Below are positions 1-10,073 of a stretch of 64,000 nucleotides of DNA, piece after piece; the stretch's first letter is position 1, and every line of letters starts with the position of its first letter. Source of the stretch: Cyanidioschyzon merolae. Its lineage: Eukaryota. Below the pieces are notes generated by a model. That model had not been told where the DNA came from, did no database searches, and saw nothing but the letters and a program-made list of their open reading frames with translations. The stretch lies in the NCBI GenBank assembly GCA_000091205.1, contig AP006487.2; one strand, written 5' to 3'. Both the position numbers and the translations under genes were made by a program.

Positions 1-443
1 CGGAAGCCGCCGGGACCTCTACTGTAGCCTCGGAAGCGAGTGCGCATGTCGTCACACCGATACTGTTTGCTGCTCGAGAGCTTTTCCTCGGTGATGACGC
101 CTTAGCACAGACCCTGCGTCATCTGGCCGACCAGTATGAGTATAGCGCCGTTCACACGGGTTGTCTGATCGGAGATTTTCATACATTAATGCAGCGAGGA
201 GGCATTTTAGTTGCGGATAACGTAGACGCCCTGTGCGAAGCAGCTCCAATGGCGTATCTGGCCGAGGAGGCCGGCGCTCGAGCAATCGACCAGCGGGGCT
301 GTCGCATTCTCAGCCAAAATCTTGGTGGCGATCACCCGCTCCACACCAGAACTTGCCTAATTATCGGGTCGCCAACTCAGCTGGCTCAGTTTGAACAGAT
401 TCTACAAGAGTACCAGTCGGGCGCAACATCGGCGGATACTTGA
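1..443 (+). CDS. 3' partial CDS at the window edge: C-terminal part of a fructose-1,6-bisphosphatase / sedoheptulose-bisphosphatase family (FIG-superfamily) protein
   Basis: The frame holding ORF 189..443 stays open back to nt 3 with no stop (my own translation: ...YSAVHTGCLIGDFHTLMQRGGILVADNVDALCEAAPMAYLAEEAGARAIDQRG.RILS...GSPTQLAQFEQIL). This matches the conserved FBPase C-terminal block (Y.ARY.GSMVADVHRTL..GGIF.YP ... NPMA...E.AGG.A..G...vLD..P...H.R.P...GS...V.E). The 5' end of the gene lies outside the window. Confidence 0.65.
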   Translation, partial: EAAGTSTVASEASAHVVTPILFAARELFLGDDALAQTLRHLADQYEYSAVHTGCLIGDFHTLMQRGGILVADNVDALCEAAPMAYLAEEAGARAIDQRGCRILSQNLGGDHPLHTRTCLIIGSPTQLAQFEQILQEYQSGATSADT

Positions 444-805
444 CGGGGAAGCAGGAACCTAAATGCGAAAAAGGGTCGCAACGGCGCCAGGTGTCAACGC
501 AGTACCCTGCTGTACCCGGCATGCATCTGCCTCCTCCGGACGAGTTCCGTTGACGAGCAGGACGATGCCCGGTACTCGGCGGATTTCCATGAAACAAAAA
601 AAACACTGCGAGGTATGCAGACGGGGGCTCGTTGACAGGTCGGGTTTCACCAGCGCATTGCCTCGTCAGGATGTCCATGGCGATGCATGGTCATTGAGAA
701 TAAGGCAGCGCAAATTGCTGGCAGAACTCTTGTCCTTGTTTTCGCGAGCGCATCTTGAGGACCGGATCCTGCCCTTGTCGCAGCACTCGGCAACAAATCA
801 TCGTT

Positions 806-1639
806 TCAGGGTGTATCCTGTTGCATGGTTGCATCGTGATGCTCGTCCGAGTCCGTTACGTTCTGCGGCGCTTGTTCGGTGCTCGTCTCCGTTGCCGTTC
901 CACCAGACTTTGGAAACGCGCAGGCATCCAGCAGTGGCTGCACCTGCTCATGTTCGTAAAGATGAAAACGCATATCATCGCCGATGCTGACAACCCCGAC
1001 CGCACAGTTTTCCGCACTCAAGTGCTGATCTTTGGCGGACGCAAGCGTCTCATTCAGTGCCCATAGAGCATGGCGAATAAGCGCCTCTCGAGAAGCCGAT
1101 GAAAACTCATCCATATGACGTTCTAAGTAGGTGCGGGCGCTCTGTGAACGTGCTCCTAATGCCATACCCACGAGATCGTAAACCTCTCCGCTCGGACAGG
1201 TTTGATAGAGGTGAGGGCCACTCTCGTCGACGCCAGCAACTAGCAACCCTACACCATACGGCCGTCGAGAAATGCGTTGTGTGCACTTTTGGCACAGGTC
1301 TGCGACCAGGTGCACGAGGCGTCCAACCGGCATAGCGTCCCCGTAGACAAAGCGGTGTTGCAAGCACTCGTCCCGCATTCTTTTGGTCAAGACGCGGGCA
1401 TCTGCAGCAATACCGGATATGGCAACCCCTATGTGTTCATCAATAGGAACGATCTTTCGTTGGTGCCACGCTAAGTCGGAAAACGAGCGTTTCAGGGCAG
1501 CCAAGACAACGTGCGTTGCTGAGCAGACCCCAACCACCGCGGAGCCCTGTTTCACCGCCTCCATGGCGTACTCTACCTGCAGGAGGCGACCCTGTGGCGA
1601 AAATGTTGTTACATCAGTGTCATACTGGCTGCGGAACAT
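806..1639 (-). CDS. PSMA1: 20S proteasome subunit alpha type-1 (PSMA1/alpha-6 orthologue)
   Basis: 277-aa ORF beginning [38 protein letters not shown], colinear with PSMA1 ([37 protein letters not shown]...[15 protein letters not shown]). The alpha-subunit N-terminal signature is present, followed by an acidic C-terminal tail. Single exon. Confidence 0.9.
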   Translation of the reverse strand: [277 protein letters not shown]

Positions 1640-3195
1640 GCTTCAGACTCGATCTGCTGCAGAAGGCAGGTCTGTGCGTCCGCGACGCGCGCTGTAGTGA
1701 CACGTGACAACGTCCAAGTGGCAAGCGAACACCAGTAGAGGTCGCAGTTTGTCGCCGGTTCAGCGCGACAGCTTCGGATGCTCGCCGGGGACAACGCGAG
1801 GCGTATCGGTTCGGGCATGCGACGTATTGGAGCATGGCGACGAGTTCATCGTGAGATGTGTTCAAGCATGAGACAACCAGCGCCTGTACAAAAGCCTGGA
1901 CTCCTGTTTGAGGCTGGGAACCGTCTGCAACATGCAAGGGTGTGGCGGTGGTTTTGTGACGCCAGGCCAGGTTCATTGCCCAAACGTTTGGTGATCACTG
2001 CAACCGTTGACCGGAAACTGCTCAAGTTACCACCGCGTGTTGCGAAGGCAACGTTTATAGCGTCGCGGTTATAGACATTACCCGTTTGATAAGTGAAATC
2101 GAGGAGGCTACGGAGCTGGATGCCACCAGGACCTGAGAACGCTGCCGGAAGAGCCAAACAACGGCCGCTTCGCGCAGTGCTCGCAAAGACCCAGTTCGAC
2201 TTTGCTGATGCAAGCGCAACGTATCCCACGACTCTGAGTCGTTATCGCATGTTGCGCAACGAGCACGTGTGCAGCGAGTTCCTGGACTGCACCCAGCTGC
2301 AGACCGTGTAAAAGGCACTCCCCGTGATCGGATCTGGTCACTGCGGGGCTAGCTTTTCCTCGAAAACGCGGTTTGTAACGGTTTACTGGTTACGATCGGG
2401 CGCTTCAGCTATGGAGGCAGTTGAGGAACGCACAGGCGACTCCTCCTGGACGCTGATGCAGCTCTGTCGGGTGCAGGTTGTTTGAATGGAGCAGGGCTGA
2501 CGCCCCAGCAACGGATGCAGCATCAATGCCCGGGATGGATCCTACCGAAACACCAGCTGGATTACAGCTTCGTGGAAGCAGTCAAGAGAGCAGCTCTGAA
2601 GCGGAAGATTGTCGCTGGATCCTTGCAGGCATTCGCGACGGCGCTTCGCCCAAACTGTGACGAGTAATACGAACACAACAGGAGTACCCAGCAAGTGACC
2701 TAAGTAAGCAGGCACTCGCGCCTGCATGCTATCGGAAGACGTTTACAACCACAACCGGCGAGCATGCGATATTTTGCCCAGCAGCCTTCATCGATATGTC
2801 ATATAGACATATACGCCGACGTGCGTGCGTGCGTGCAACATAGCGTGCGTGCGTGCAACATAGCGTGCAAAGTCTATCGGCTGCTGCGGCTGCGGCTGCG
2901 GCGGATCGCGCGCCGGCCGCACCCCCGATGCACACGCATTCGCGCATGAACCAGCAGACGCCGTGCGGTATACGGGCATGATTGAGGTCTCCGATCGGTT
3001 GCCTCGTGAACGGACACGTGTCCACGCCCTGCGTTGTCACGCATAGCGCCTGCAGTTTTCGCGCGTAACCTGCGTTCCGCAGCCGGCATAGCGAGAACGG
3101 CACACGGAAATGCGGACGTCGAGGCGGTCACGATCTGAGGCGGCGAATTCGCAGCTGGTGTTGTGATGGCGCTGCACCTCGGGAACATTGAGGGG

Positions 3196-4545
3196 TTACG
3201 ATTGGGACAGCTCGTGTACGAGCAGTGTGCCGCCTTGCTTTTCGGCGATGCTTGAGCCCAGCTCCGCGTTTGCATCATAGGAGGGCACTATGGCGAGGGT
3301 TCCGTTCGTTAGCGCTGCAAAGAGGCCGGTGATCATGACACGATGTGCGCGCTCGCGGTTTCTGGGCGAGAGCACGACCCGTCCATGGGCAACATCTCCG
3401 TGATCGGCGTGCATGCCGCCCAGTTTCTGAGCCAAGGTTTGGGCGTGCTTTAAGATCGCCATCTCATCCAGATGTACGTAACAATCTTTCCCTGCACCGA
3501 AATGCCCAGTGCTACCATCTTGGCCTGCTTCCGGTTCGCAGAAAATGAATGTGCCCAACTTTTCGTGACTATGTTTGAGATTATCCTCCAGAGGATGCGG
3601 ATCTGCATCGTACACGAGCATATTGCGATAGCGTAGTAGCGTGCGCAGATTCTCCGGACCGGTATGCGCGACAAACTCCAGCTGCTGCGGCACCAATGCA
3701 GGTTGCGGCCGTATGGTATGACCTGTGAGCGGCGTAAATCCTGCCAATCCAGCACTATCGCAGGTTACGGGTGAGCGCTCAGCTGCAGCCGTCGGTGGAG
3801 CCAGGAATAGTGCACGCACGAGCTGCACCGGCACATCCAAATTATCATACAGCACACTGCTCAGCGTGCTCCCTGCTGGTGCGACACGCTCCGGGGACGG
3901 CATTCGGGCAGCTACTGCACGCGGGATAACTTCGTAATCATGCCAACAGATGAGACCCCGAGGTGGATACTTTTGAAGCATTCGCAGCGCGCGCTCGAGT
4001 GTGATGTCGTCCACCACGCCGTCCTGCGCGCTAGTGTTCGTGTCATCCTTGGGCGGCAGCGGTGATGACGTCCGCAGGATCCTCCTCGGCGGTGGGAGCG
4101 AAACGAGCTCCAGTCCGGAAGCAGCGCTAGCCAGTGCGAGAATGATAAACTCTGCACTACCTGACGGCAACCAACTTGCGATACGATCGCCTGGAAGGAG
4201 GCCGAGCTCGCCTCGCAAACCGGCGGCAAGTGCTCGCACGTGACGATTCAATTGACTCGTCGTCAGCGTCAAAGGTTCTCCACGCGTCGTCTGGAGAATG
4301 CGAAGCGCATCTTTGAACGGGTTTCCCTCTGCAGCGCGTGCCAGGTACGCGTAGACGCGTTCGTCGCGCTCTCCTGCAGGTGCATGCACTGTCGCTGCGG
4401 CTCTGGCGTGCAGCGCGCGGCACGTTCCGTTACGCTTGAAGAGATCGTATTCTACGCGCAAGAAAACCTTTCTTAAAAGCATCCGGTTCGAGGCAAGCGA
4501 TGACGCGAAAAGGCGAGGTACGGGACCTGCGGGAGCAAACCGCAC
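3196..4545 (-). CDS. AMP-dependent synthetase/ligase (acyl-CoA synthetase-like) N-terminal domain protein; divergent and apparently truncated (possible pseudogene or missing downstream exon)
   Basis: 449-aa ORF. An A1/A2-like region (LTLTTSQLNRHVRALAAGL...GDRIASWLPSGSAEFIILALASAASG) and a degenerate A3 P-loop region (DGSTGHFGAGKDCYVHLDEMAILKHAQTL, then HRVMITGLFAALTNGTLAIVP) fit the AMP-binding fold. The canonical SGTTGxPKG is not conserved. The ORF stops right after the A4 region, so the A5-A10 motifs and the C-terminal subdomain are absent. Confidence 0.45.
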   Translation of the reverse strand: MRFAPAGPVPRLFASSLASNRMLLRKVFLRVEYDLFKRNGTCRALHARAAATVHAPAGERDERVYAYLARAAEGNPFKDALRILQTTRGEPLTLTTSQLNRHVRALAAGLRGELGLLPGDRIASWLPSGSAEFIILALASAASGLELVSLPPPRRILRTSSPLPPKDDTNTSAQDGVVDDITLERALRMLQKYPPRGLICWHDYEVIPRAVAARMPSPERVAPAGSTLSSVLYDNLDVPVQLVRALFLAPPTAAAERSPVTCDSAGLAGFTPLTGHTIRPQPALVPQQLEFVAHTGPENLRTLLRYRNMLVYDADPHPLEDNLKHSHEKLGTFIFCEPEAGQDGSTGHFGAGKDCYVHLDEMAILKHAQTLAQKLGGMHADHGDVAHGRVVLSPRNRERAHRVMITGLFAALTNGTLAIVPSYDANAELGSSIAEKQGGTLLVHELSQS

Positions 4546-6614
4546 CGAGTCGGAGCGCGTAGCGAGCGGCTCGACTGCGCCTTGCCACTCGCTGTGCGAG
4601 AGGCGAGGCGTGTCCAGTGGGGGCGGCGGCGGCTGCGTCCACGTCGCTGTTCAGCCCAGAGGGTTTTCGGAGCACTGCCAGCGACCGGTGGTCGATTATC
4701 CCAGAGTACCCGTCTCTGATAACGAGTGACAGGCAGCCCTGGTGAAGATTTGAATGTTTATCTCTAAACAGAATTTTAGGTAGCGTTCAGCGTCTGGCGG
4801 AAAGGTGCAGAAGCAAGCGCACGATGCATCTCTTGAAGCGTGCCACACGTGTGAATACGTGAATTTCTCGTGTTTTAAAGCGGGAACTGTGCGGCTTGGA
4901 ATGCTTTTGCAGAAGGCCATGATCCACGAGCACCCTGATACCGCAATTTTTGAAGAAGATGAGATTTCGCGGGCCATAGCCCCGACGCAGAGGCGTTCTC
5001 TCATGGCGCTCTGGACCGCCTCTCGCTCCTGAATACGAGTACGCCAATAACTGTCGTCATTGAGATAGAAGCGCATCGAACGCTTGCAAGTATCAAGCCT
5101 GGAATTCCCGCAGCAGCTTTATTAGAATGATAGCGGGTACGCTTCTTGCGATCTTTTGCATGTGTGGTTTTCGTGTCGTGTTCGAGGACTACGAATATGC
5201 ACGTGTGTATGCGCGCGTATCATACGAGGGTGCATCCGCATCATGCTCGCCGCTTGTCTTCGCACCTCTGCTTCTATGTGCCTGCGATACGAATCTGCTT
5301 TAATGGTCACGTGCGAGTGCACACGAACGTGGTAGGCCTCAAAAGTCCCGCAACACCGGGAGGCGTGGCGATCTCCACATCAACTGCAACCAAGTCCAGC
5401 TGCGTTGCTGCGTGTATGCCGCGACTTTTCGCACGTGCCAAGTCATATGGTCATGGTTTGCGTCTCGTCAGTCGAGCTACCTTCGAAGCATGCCTTCCAA
5501 AAAGCGTTTCACCGCTGCACGGGGATATCATGCATCCGATGGACTCGGGCCAAGGCAGCCGTAGACCCGTGTCCGTGGCTTTCGTACCCAAAGGGAACAC
5601 TCGGGATGGCGTTCACGAAAAAAAATCGCGTCCAGTACAAGAGCTGGCTCTATTTTGGTTTGCGTCATGCGCATTCCCCAGTGATGCAGGGATGGCGAAT
5701 GTTTGCATCCACAGGAACGACACGTGTGACCCGCGGAACCGAACCGAAATGAGGCACGAGTCTGAATCGTTCTCATCGAGCTCGTCGCCAATGTGCATAC
5801 TGTTCTTGACAATATCGATTTCCTGACCCAGCAAGCGCGGAGCAGCAGGCCTCAACAGCGCTGCGCCAGTCCGAGGTCCGTGCATTTCGAACACGGACTC
5901 GCTCATCCGCTGAGCTGGCGGCACCGCCAGTTTTCTCGCATCGTGCGGCCGAGCTTTGATGTTTGCGGGGCATACCACGAACCCGAGCAGTACAGAACGA
6001 AAAAATTATTTTGATGTGCTCCTCTGAGCGACTCGGGTATCCGCAACTGGGCAAAACAAAAACGGATTCGAGATTCGATCCGAGGTATTTCAATCTCAGA
6101 ACGCTTCCAGTTTCTCGAATTCACACGAGAACGTCAACCTGCTCCTAGAGGTGCCGAGCACTACGTTTCTGCTCTACGTACGTAAAGGGATGGACGGTCA
6201 CTGGGCACCATGGCAAGACGCATACAGCTGTGTGCGCCGCCCTCGTCTCCTGACTCTATGAAGCCGCACTGGTTAAACAGATCCAACAATCTCGTAACTC
6301 GCAAACATCCACGACGAGTAAAGACGCATGTCAGATACCCGATGATAATGGGAGCATAGCAACGAACAGACCCTCGTCGGCATCGCCGCGTCCCGCGTGG
6401 TCAGGATACCATGTCGCCCGGTGTCGCAGAGAGCCAGCGCCTCTGCTACACGTAGAAGATGGAGCTTGCACACGGACATCGCTTATAACGATTGCCTGCG
6501 CTGAGGTGCACTCCAGTAGACACTACACTTCATCGAATTTCGAACTTATTGTCGCGAAATCCCAGGCAGGCGTCACGCAACGTCATCTGGCCTTGGGCCG
6601 GAGGCATGTGCGCC

Positions 6615-7868
6615 TCACGATGTGCTACGTTTGCTCTTCGTCTGACGACCTGGTTCGGCGCGATCCCGTTCCTGAACATAGTTCACGAGCGAAGCGTAGA
6701 AATCTGGGCCTACGCGGTCCCTAAGCTCAGTTCCAGCGGCTGCGCATTCATCGATAACGTTTGCCGGCGTGCACTGCCTTGTGGTCTCGAATAGGTCTCG
6801 GCCATCTGGCGTCGCAACAAGGCCGCGAAAATGGATTCGCTCCGAAGAGTCCGTATCGAACCAGGCTTGCCCTGCAATTGGTGTGCGACAACTCCCATCA
6901 AGGTTCGCGAGGAACGCCCGCTCTGCCTCGACACAAAGCTTCGTCCGTGGGCACGAAAGCGGACCCAGGAGTGCTGCAGTGCGATCATCTCCGCGTCGCG
7001 TTGTGATACCGATCGCACCTTGCGCTACCGCTGGGAGCATGTCCTCCATTCCGAGAACAGCAGTCGCGACGTGTTCCATCTGGAGCCGCCGAAGGCCCGC
7101 AAGTGCCAAAAGCGTCGCGTCAACGACGCATTCTTCGAGTTTGCGCAATCTCGTTTGGACATTCCCACGAAAGTTGATCACTTTGAGATGCGGATACCGT
7201 GCCAGAATCTGGCTCTGTCGTCGCAGAGATGAAGATCCTACAACACTTCCGGGCGGCAACTCGTCTAGGCTCTTCGCCTTGAAGGAGACGAAGGCATCAC
7301 GCGTATCTTCGCGGCGCAGGATACTTGTGAGCTCAATATCCGGAGGCAGGAAAGTGGGTACATCCTTCATCGAGTGCACGGCAATATCGATATCGCCACG
7401 CAACTGCGCTTCATCGATCTCGCGCGTGAAGAGCCCCTTGCCCCCGATTTCCGACAACGCGCGGTCCAATACGATATCACCAGTCGTATGGATGATTTCA
7501 ATGTGAATGGCGCCTTCTCGGTCGCGCAGAAACGGGTGCGCCTCTTCGAGCAGACGTTTCGTCTCGTGGGCCTGGGCGAGCGCGAGCGGCGAGCCCCGCG
7601 TCCCGATCACAACAATAGCGGGGTTCTCGCGCCGTCGCGTTGACGCGTCCACTGGACATTGAGCAACCGTAGCTCTCCAAGTCCTTGGCCCGGAAGTGAT
7701 GCATTCCGCCGTCCTTGCTTTGGAAGCGGGACCCGTGCCCTTGCAAAGCCTGTGGCGAGTCGGCGCTGTCAGCAGCAGCGCCCGAGGCGAGCACCCAACG
7801 CGTGCGCGCGTTCGCTGCTGTGTGCCTGTCGCAACCGCTGCTGTGACGGAAACAAAGCCCCAAAGCAT
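6615..7868 (-). CDS. HEMC: Porphobilinogen deaminase (hydroxymethylbilane synthase) with about 90-aa N-terminal presequence
   Basis: 417-aa ORF. The core from AIVVIGTRGSPLALAQAHETKRLL...HSMKDVPT...GSSSLRR..Q....P.L....RGNV.TRL.KL.......LA.AGL.RL... matches the HemC/HMBS family end to end. It is preceded by an R/S/T-rich extension (MLWGFVSVTAAVATGTQQRTRARVGCSPRALLL...). Confidence 0.9.
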   Translation of the reverse strand: MLWGFVSVTAAVATGTQQRTRARVGCSPRALLLTAPTRHRLCKGTGPASKARTAECITSGPRTWRATVAQCPVDASTRRRENPAIVVIGTRGSPLALAQAHETKRLLEEAHPFLRDREGAIHIEIIHTTGDIVLDRALSEIGGKGLFTREIDEAQLRGDIDIAVHSMKDVPTFLPPDIELTSILRREDTRDAFVSFKAKSLDELPPGSVVGSSSLRRQSQILARYPHLKVINFRGNVQTRLRKLEECVVDATLLALAGLRRLQMEHVATAVLGMEDMLPAVAQGAIGITTRRGDDRTAALLGPLSCPRTKLCVEAERAFLANLDGSCRTPIAGQAWFDTDSSERIHFRGLVATPDGRDLFETTRQCTPANVIDECAAAGTELRDRVGPDFYASLVNYVQERDRAEPGRQTKSKRSTS

Positions 7869-8119
7869 TTTCCTGAGATAGACACAAGTCGGATACGACC
7901 CAGCGCCTGCAAACCCTGGGTGTTGTTCCGCTGAAGCGTCCGCTTGTCGCGGAACTCGACGACGAAGAGGACGAGTCGGGTGCTACCCGCTGGCGCTGGA
8001 GCTCAGAGGCGCGCCGGCTGGCGATCGAGCGCCGGAGACACGACGCAGCGCGCTGATTTTAGGTTGAGAAAAGCTTTTCCACAGACTATGGATATACCAG
8101 ACTGCGGGATCGAACATAG

Positions 8120-8345
8120 CATTCGGGAAATCGCTCATCATGCCGCACCCAACCTCCAAGTTCCATTGCTTAGACTTCTCTTCGGATATAGTGGTCGTTT
8201 CGTACGTTCTATCGTGCGCGGGGTACCTGACTTGGTGCTGCACTCGCGATAGCGCCTAAACCGCTGAAGCGGATGCAGTACGAAGACAGATGCTCGGTTT
8301 TGGTATACCGTAGAGGGCGTCGGTTCGAGGGATGGTTCTCATTTA
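8120..8345. repeat. Dispersed repeat family 2, copy 1 (about 215 bp), 250-480 bp upstream of the PBGD start codon
   Basis: Aligns at roughly 70-75% identity with 14570-14773. Shared blocks include tcggatat..tggtcg.ttc.tacgt.ctatcgtg...aaccgctg.agc.g...agagggcgtcgg.tcgagg. Confidence 0.55.
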
Positions 8346-9020
8346 ACATGGAATCAGGATTCTAAATCATTCTGGGAGCCTGCAAGCTGTGCGGACATAC
8401 CTGCTGTCTGCGACAGCACGAAGCCATACGCTGAGAGACTATGGCGATCAGGACGACGCCCAGACGCAGCATACACGATGCTAGTCCCAGAATGGGCAGC
8501 GTTTCAACCAGGTTGCACAGATCCTACCACTGCAGAGTCCAAGGGAGCGTAAGCCCCGCAGACTCGTCAGGCCCGCAAGATCTTCCGCCTGCAGGGTAAA
8601 CTTTCAACAATATGGAAATATTTTCCCCTTTCAGCGCTTACCGTGAAGGTCGAACGGAACTGGTATCGAGTTTGGAGTCAGTTGATCGTTTCTGTTCATT
8701 GTTTGACAGCGCGGTCGATGCGCGCTCGAAGCGAATGCCGCTGCCCAGTGCGTGGCCCCTGGACACGTGTAGCCCGCGCGCTGCTGTCGTCGCCGACGCA
8801 TTGGGCGATCCACGGCCTAGGTGGCATCGCGGGCGCACCGGCGATCAATGACCAGTCAGTTTGCGTGCCGTGCGATTCGCAGTTGCTCGCTCTGTCCAGC
8901 GACTTGTCTAGACGAACGTCCGACAAGTGCAGTCTGTTTCTGAACCAATCAAGTATAATATTCTTGTTCGTGGCAGCGTTTGTGCTCACATATTTGTGTA
9001 CTGTATGATCTGCTGCTGGG

Positions 9021-10073
9021 ATGTCGAACGGACGTGTACCGCAGTTGTTCGGTCTGAAGGAGCGCAGAGCTGGACAAGCTCTCCGTAAGGTTGAGTCGCT
9101 GGACATGGAGCGACAAGACCTCGAAGCACAGGTCAAGGTTGCCTCTTCGGTAGATTTTTCTCGAAAAACAGGCAACGAACCGGTCAAAGGCACTGAACAT
9201 GCTCCCGAGTCGCAAGCATCTACGGCGGCGAGCGCGCCCAATCGACAACGTTTCCCAGCGTCGAGCTCCCAGAACAGTCTCCCGGATACGGAGAAGGGCG
9301 AGAGCGGGCGACTACACCCGCGGCGTCACAGACATGTACCCTATCACAAGCACCCGTTGGTTGTTGAGATGCTCCGAGCTGCGGCGTCGAGCGACTCACC
9401 GTACCCGCGCCACGCAGCCTACGACTACGTTCGGGTTCTGCCGCGTCTCGATCCTGCAGAGGAAGCTATTGTCGTGATATTGGGGAAAAATGTACCATAT
9501 CATCAGTACGAGAGGGAAATATCGTTGCGTTTTATCTTATTTGTTCTTCATGTTGTTGCGTTATCGCAACGCGAGAAGTATCGCCTGGTTTACGTGCATC
9601 GACAAGATTCAGGTGTGAGTGGCCCAGGATTGCTCTGGTTGTTGCGTTCGTTTCGAAGGATGCCCCGGCGTGCACATCGGCTCTTGTCATGTCTCGTGGT
9701 CGTGAATGCGGGTTTGCAACTGCACCTTTCCCGCTGGACCATCTTACCATTCATAGATTTCCGCATGTGGCGAAGGCTGCGCTTTGGCGGAGTTCTTGAC
9801 GATCTTCGTCTCGAAGATCACCCGCATATCATGCCTTTATTGCAGTTCCCGAAGCGGAAACAACGTGAAAGGATATTTTCTTTCAAGAGTTTGTCACCAA
9901 GAAGTCTGGATACTAGACGTTCGCCAGAAGCGGAAGCGGAAGTGGAATTGGTAGCGAATCATCGTGTCTCGGCCCCAGATGGAAATGCGGCGATACAACC
10001 CAGCTCAGAATTGAGCGCATTGCCGGAGGCATCACATCCATCGGGAACGACAGCAATAGCGTCTGCTGCCTGA
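9021..10073 (+). CDS. BCH / CRAL-TRIO_2 (divergent Sec14-like) domain protein with N-terminal coiled-coil
   Basis: 350-aa ORF. The segment AIVVILGKNVPYHQYEREISLRFILFVLHVVALSQREKYRLVYVHRQDSGVSGPGLLWLLRSFRRMPRRAHRLLSCLVVVNAGLQLHLSRWTILPFIDFRMWRRLRFGGVLDDL is colinear with the BNIP2/Cdc42GAP BCH domain (IIVFSAC.MP...YTLLYLHHGL....[54 protein letters not shown]). Confidence 0.5.
   Translation: MSNGRVPQLFGLKERRAGQALRKVESLDMERQDLEAQVKVASSVDFSRKTGNEPVKGTEHAPESQASTAASAPNRQRFPASSSQNSLPDTEKGESGRLHPRRHRHVPYHKHPLVVEMLRAAASSDSPYPRHAAYDYVRVLPRLDPAEEAIVVILGKNVPYHQYEREISLRFILFVLHVVALSQREKYRLVYVHRQDSGVSGPGLLWLLRSFRRMPRRAHRLLSCLVVVNAGLQLHLSRWTILPFIDFRMWRRLRFGGVLDDLRLEDHPHIMPLLQFPKRKQRERIFSFKSLSPRSLDTRRSPEAEAEVELVANHRVSAPDGNAAIQPSSELSALPEASHPSGTTAIASAA

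Noticed and set aside
5146-5826. 226-aa ORF in the 4.6-6.6-kb intergenic interval
   Set aside because: Cys/His/Arg-rich nonsense-like translation overlapping other ORFs in different frames; no motif.
6040-6130. tRNA-like fragments (ggattcgagattcgatccgagg; also ggcgtcggttcgaggg at 8325)
   Set aside because: I could not fold either into an acceptor/D/anticodon/T cloverleaf with A and B boxes at correct spacing. No tRNA gene could be supported anywhere in the window.
6769-7506. 245-aa plus-strand ORF inside the PBGD gene
   Set aside because: Antisense to a strongly conserved CDS; R/S-rich nonsense translation.
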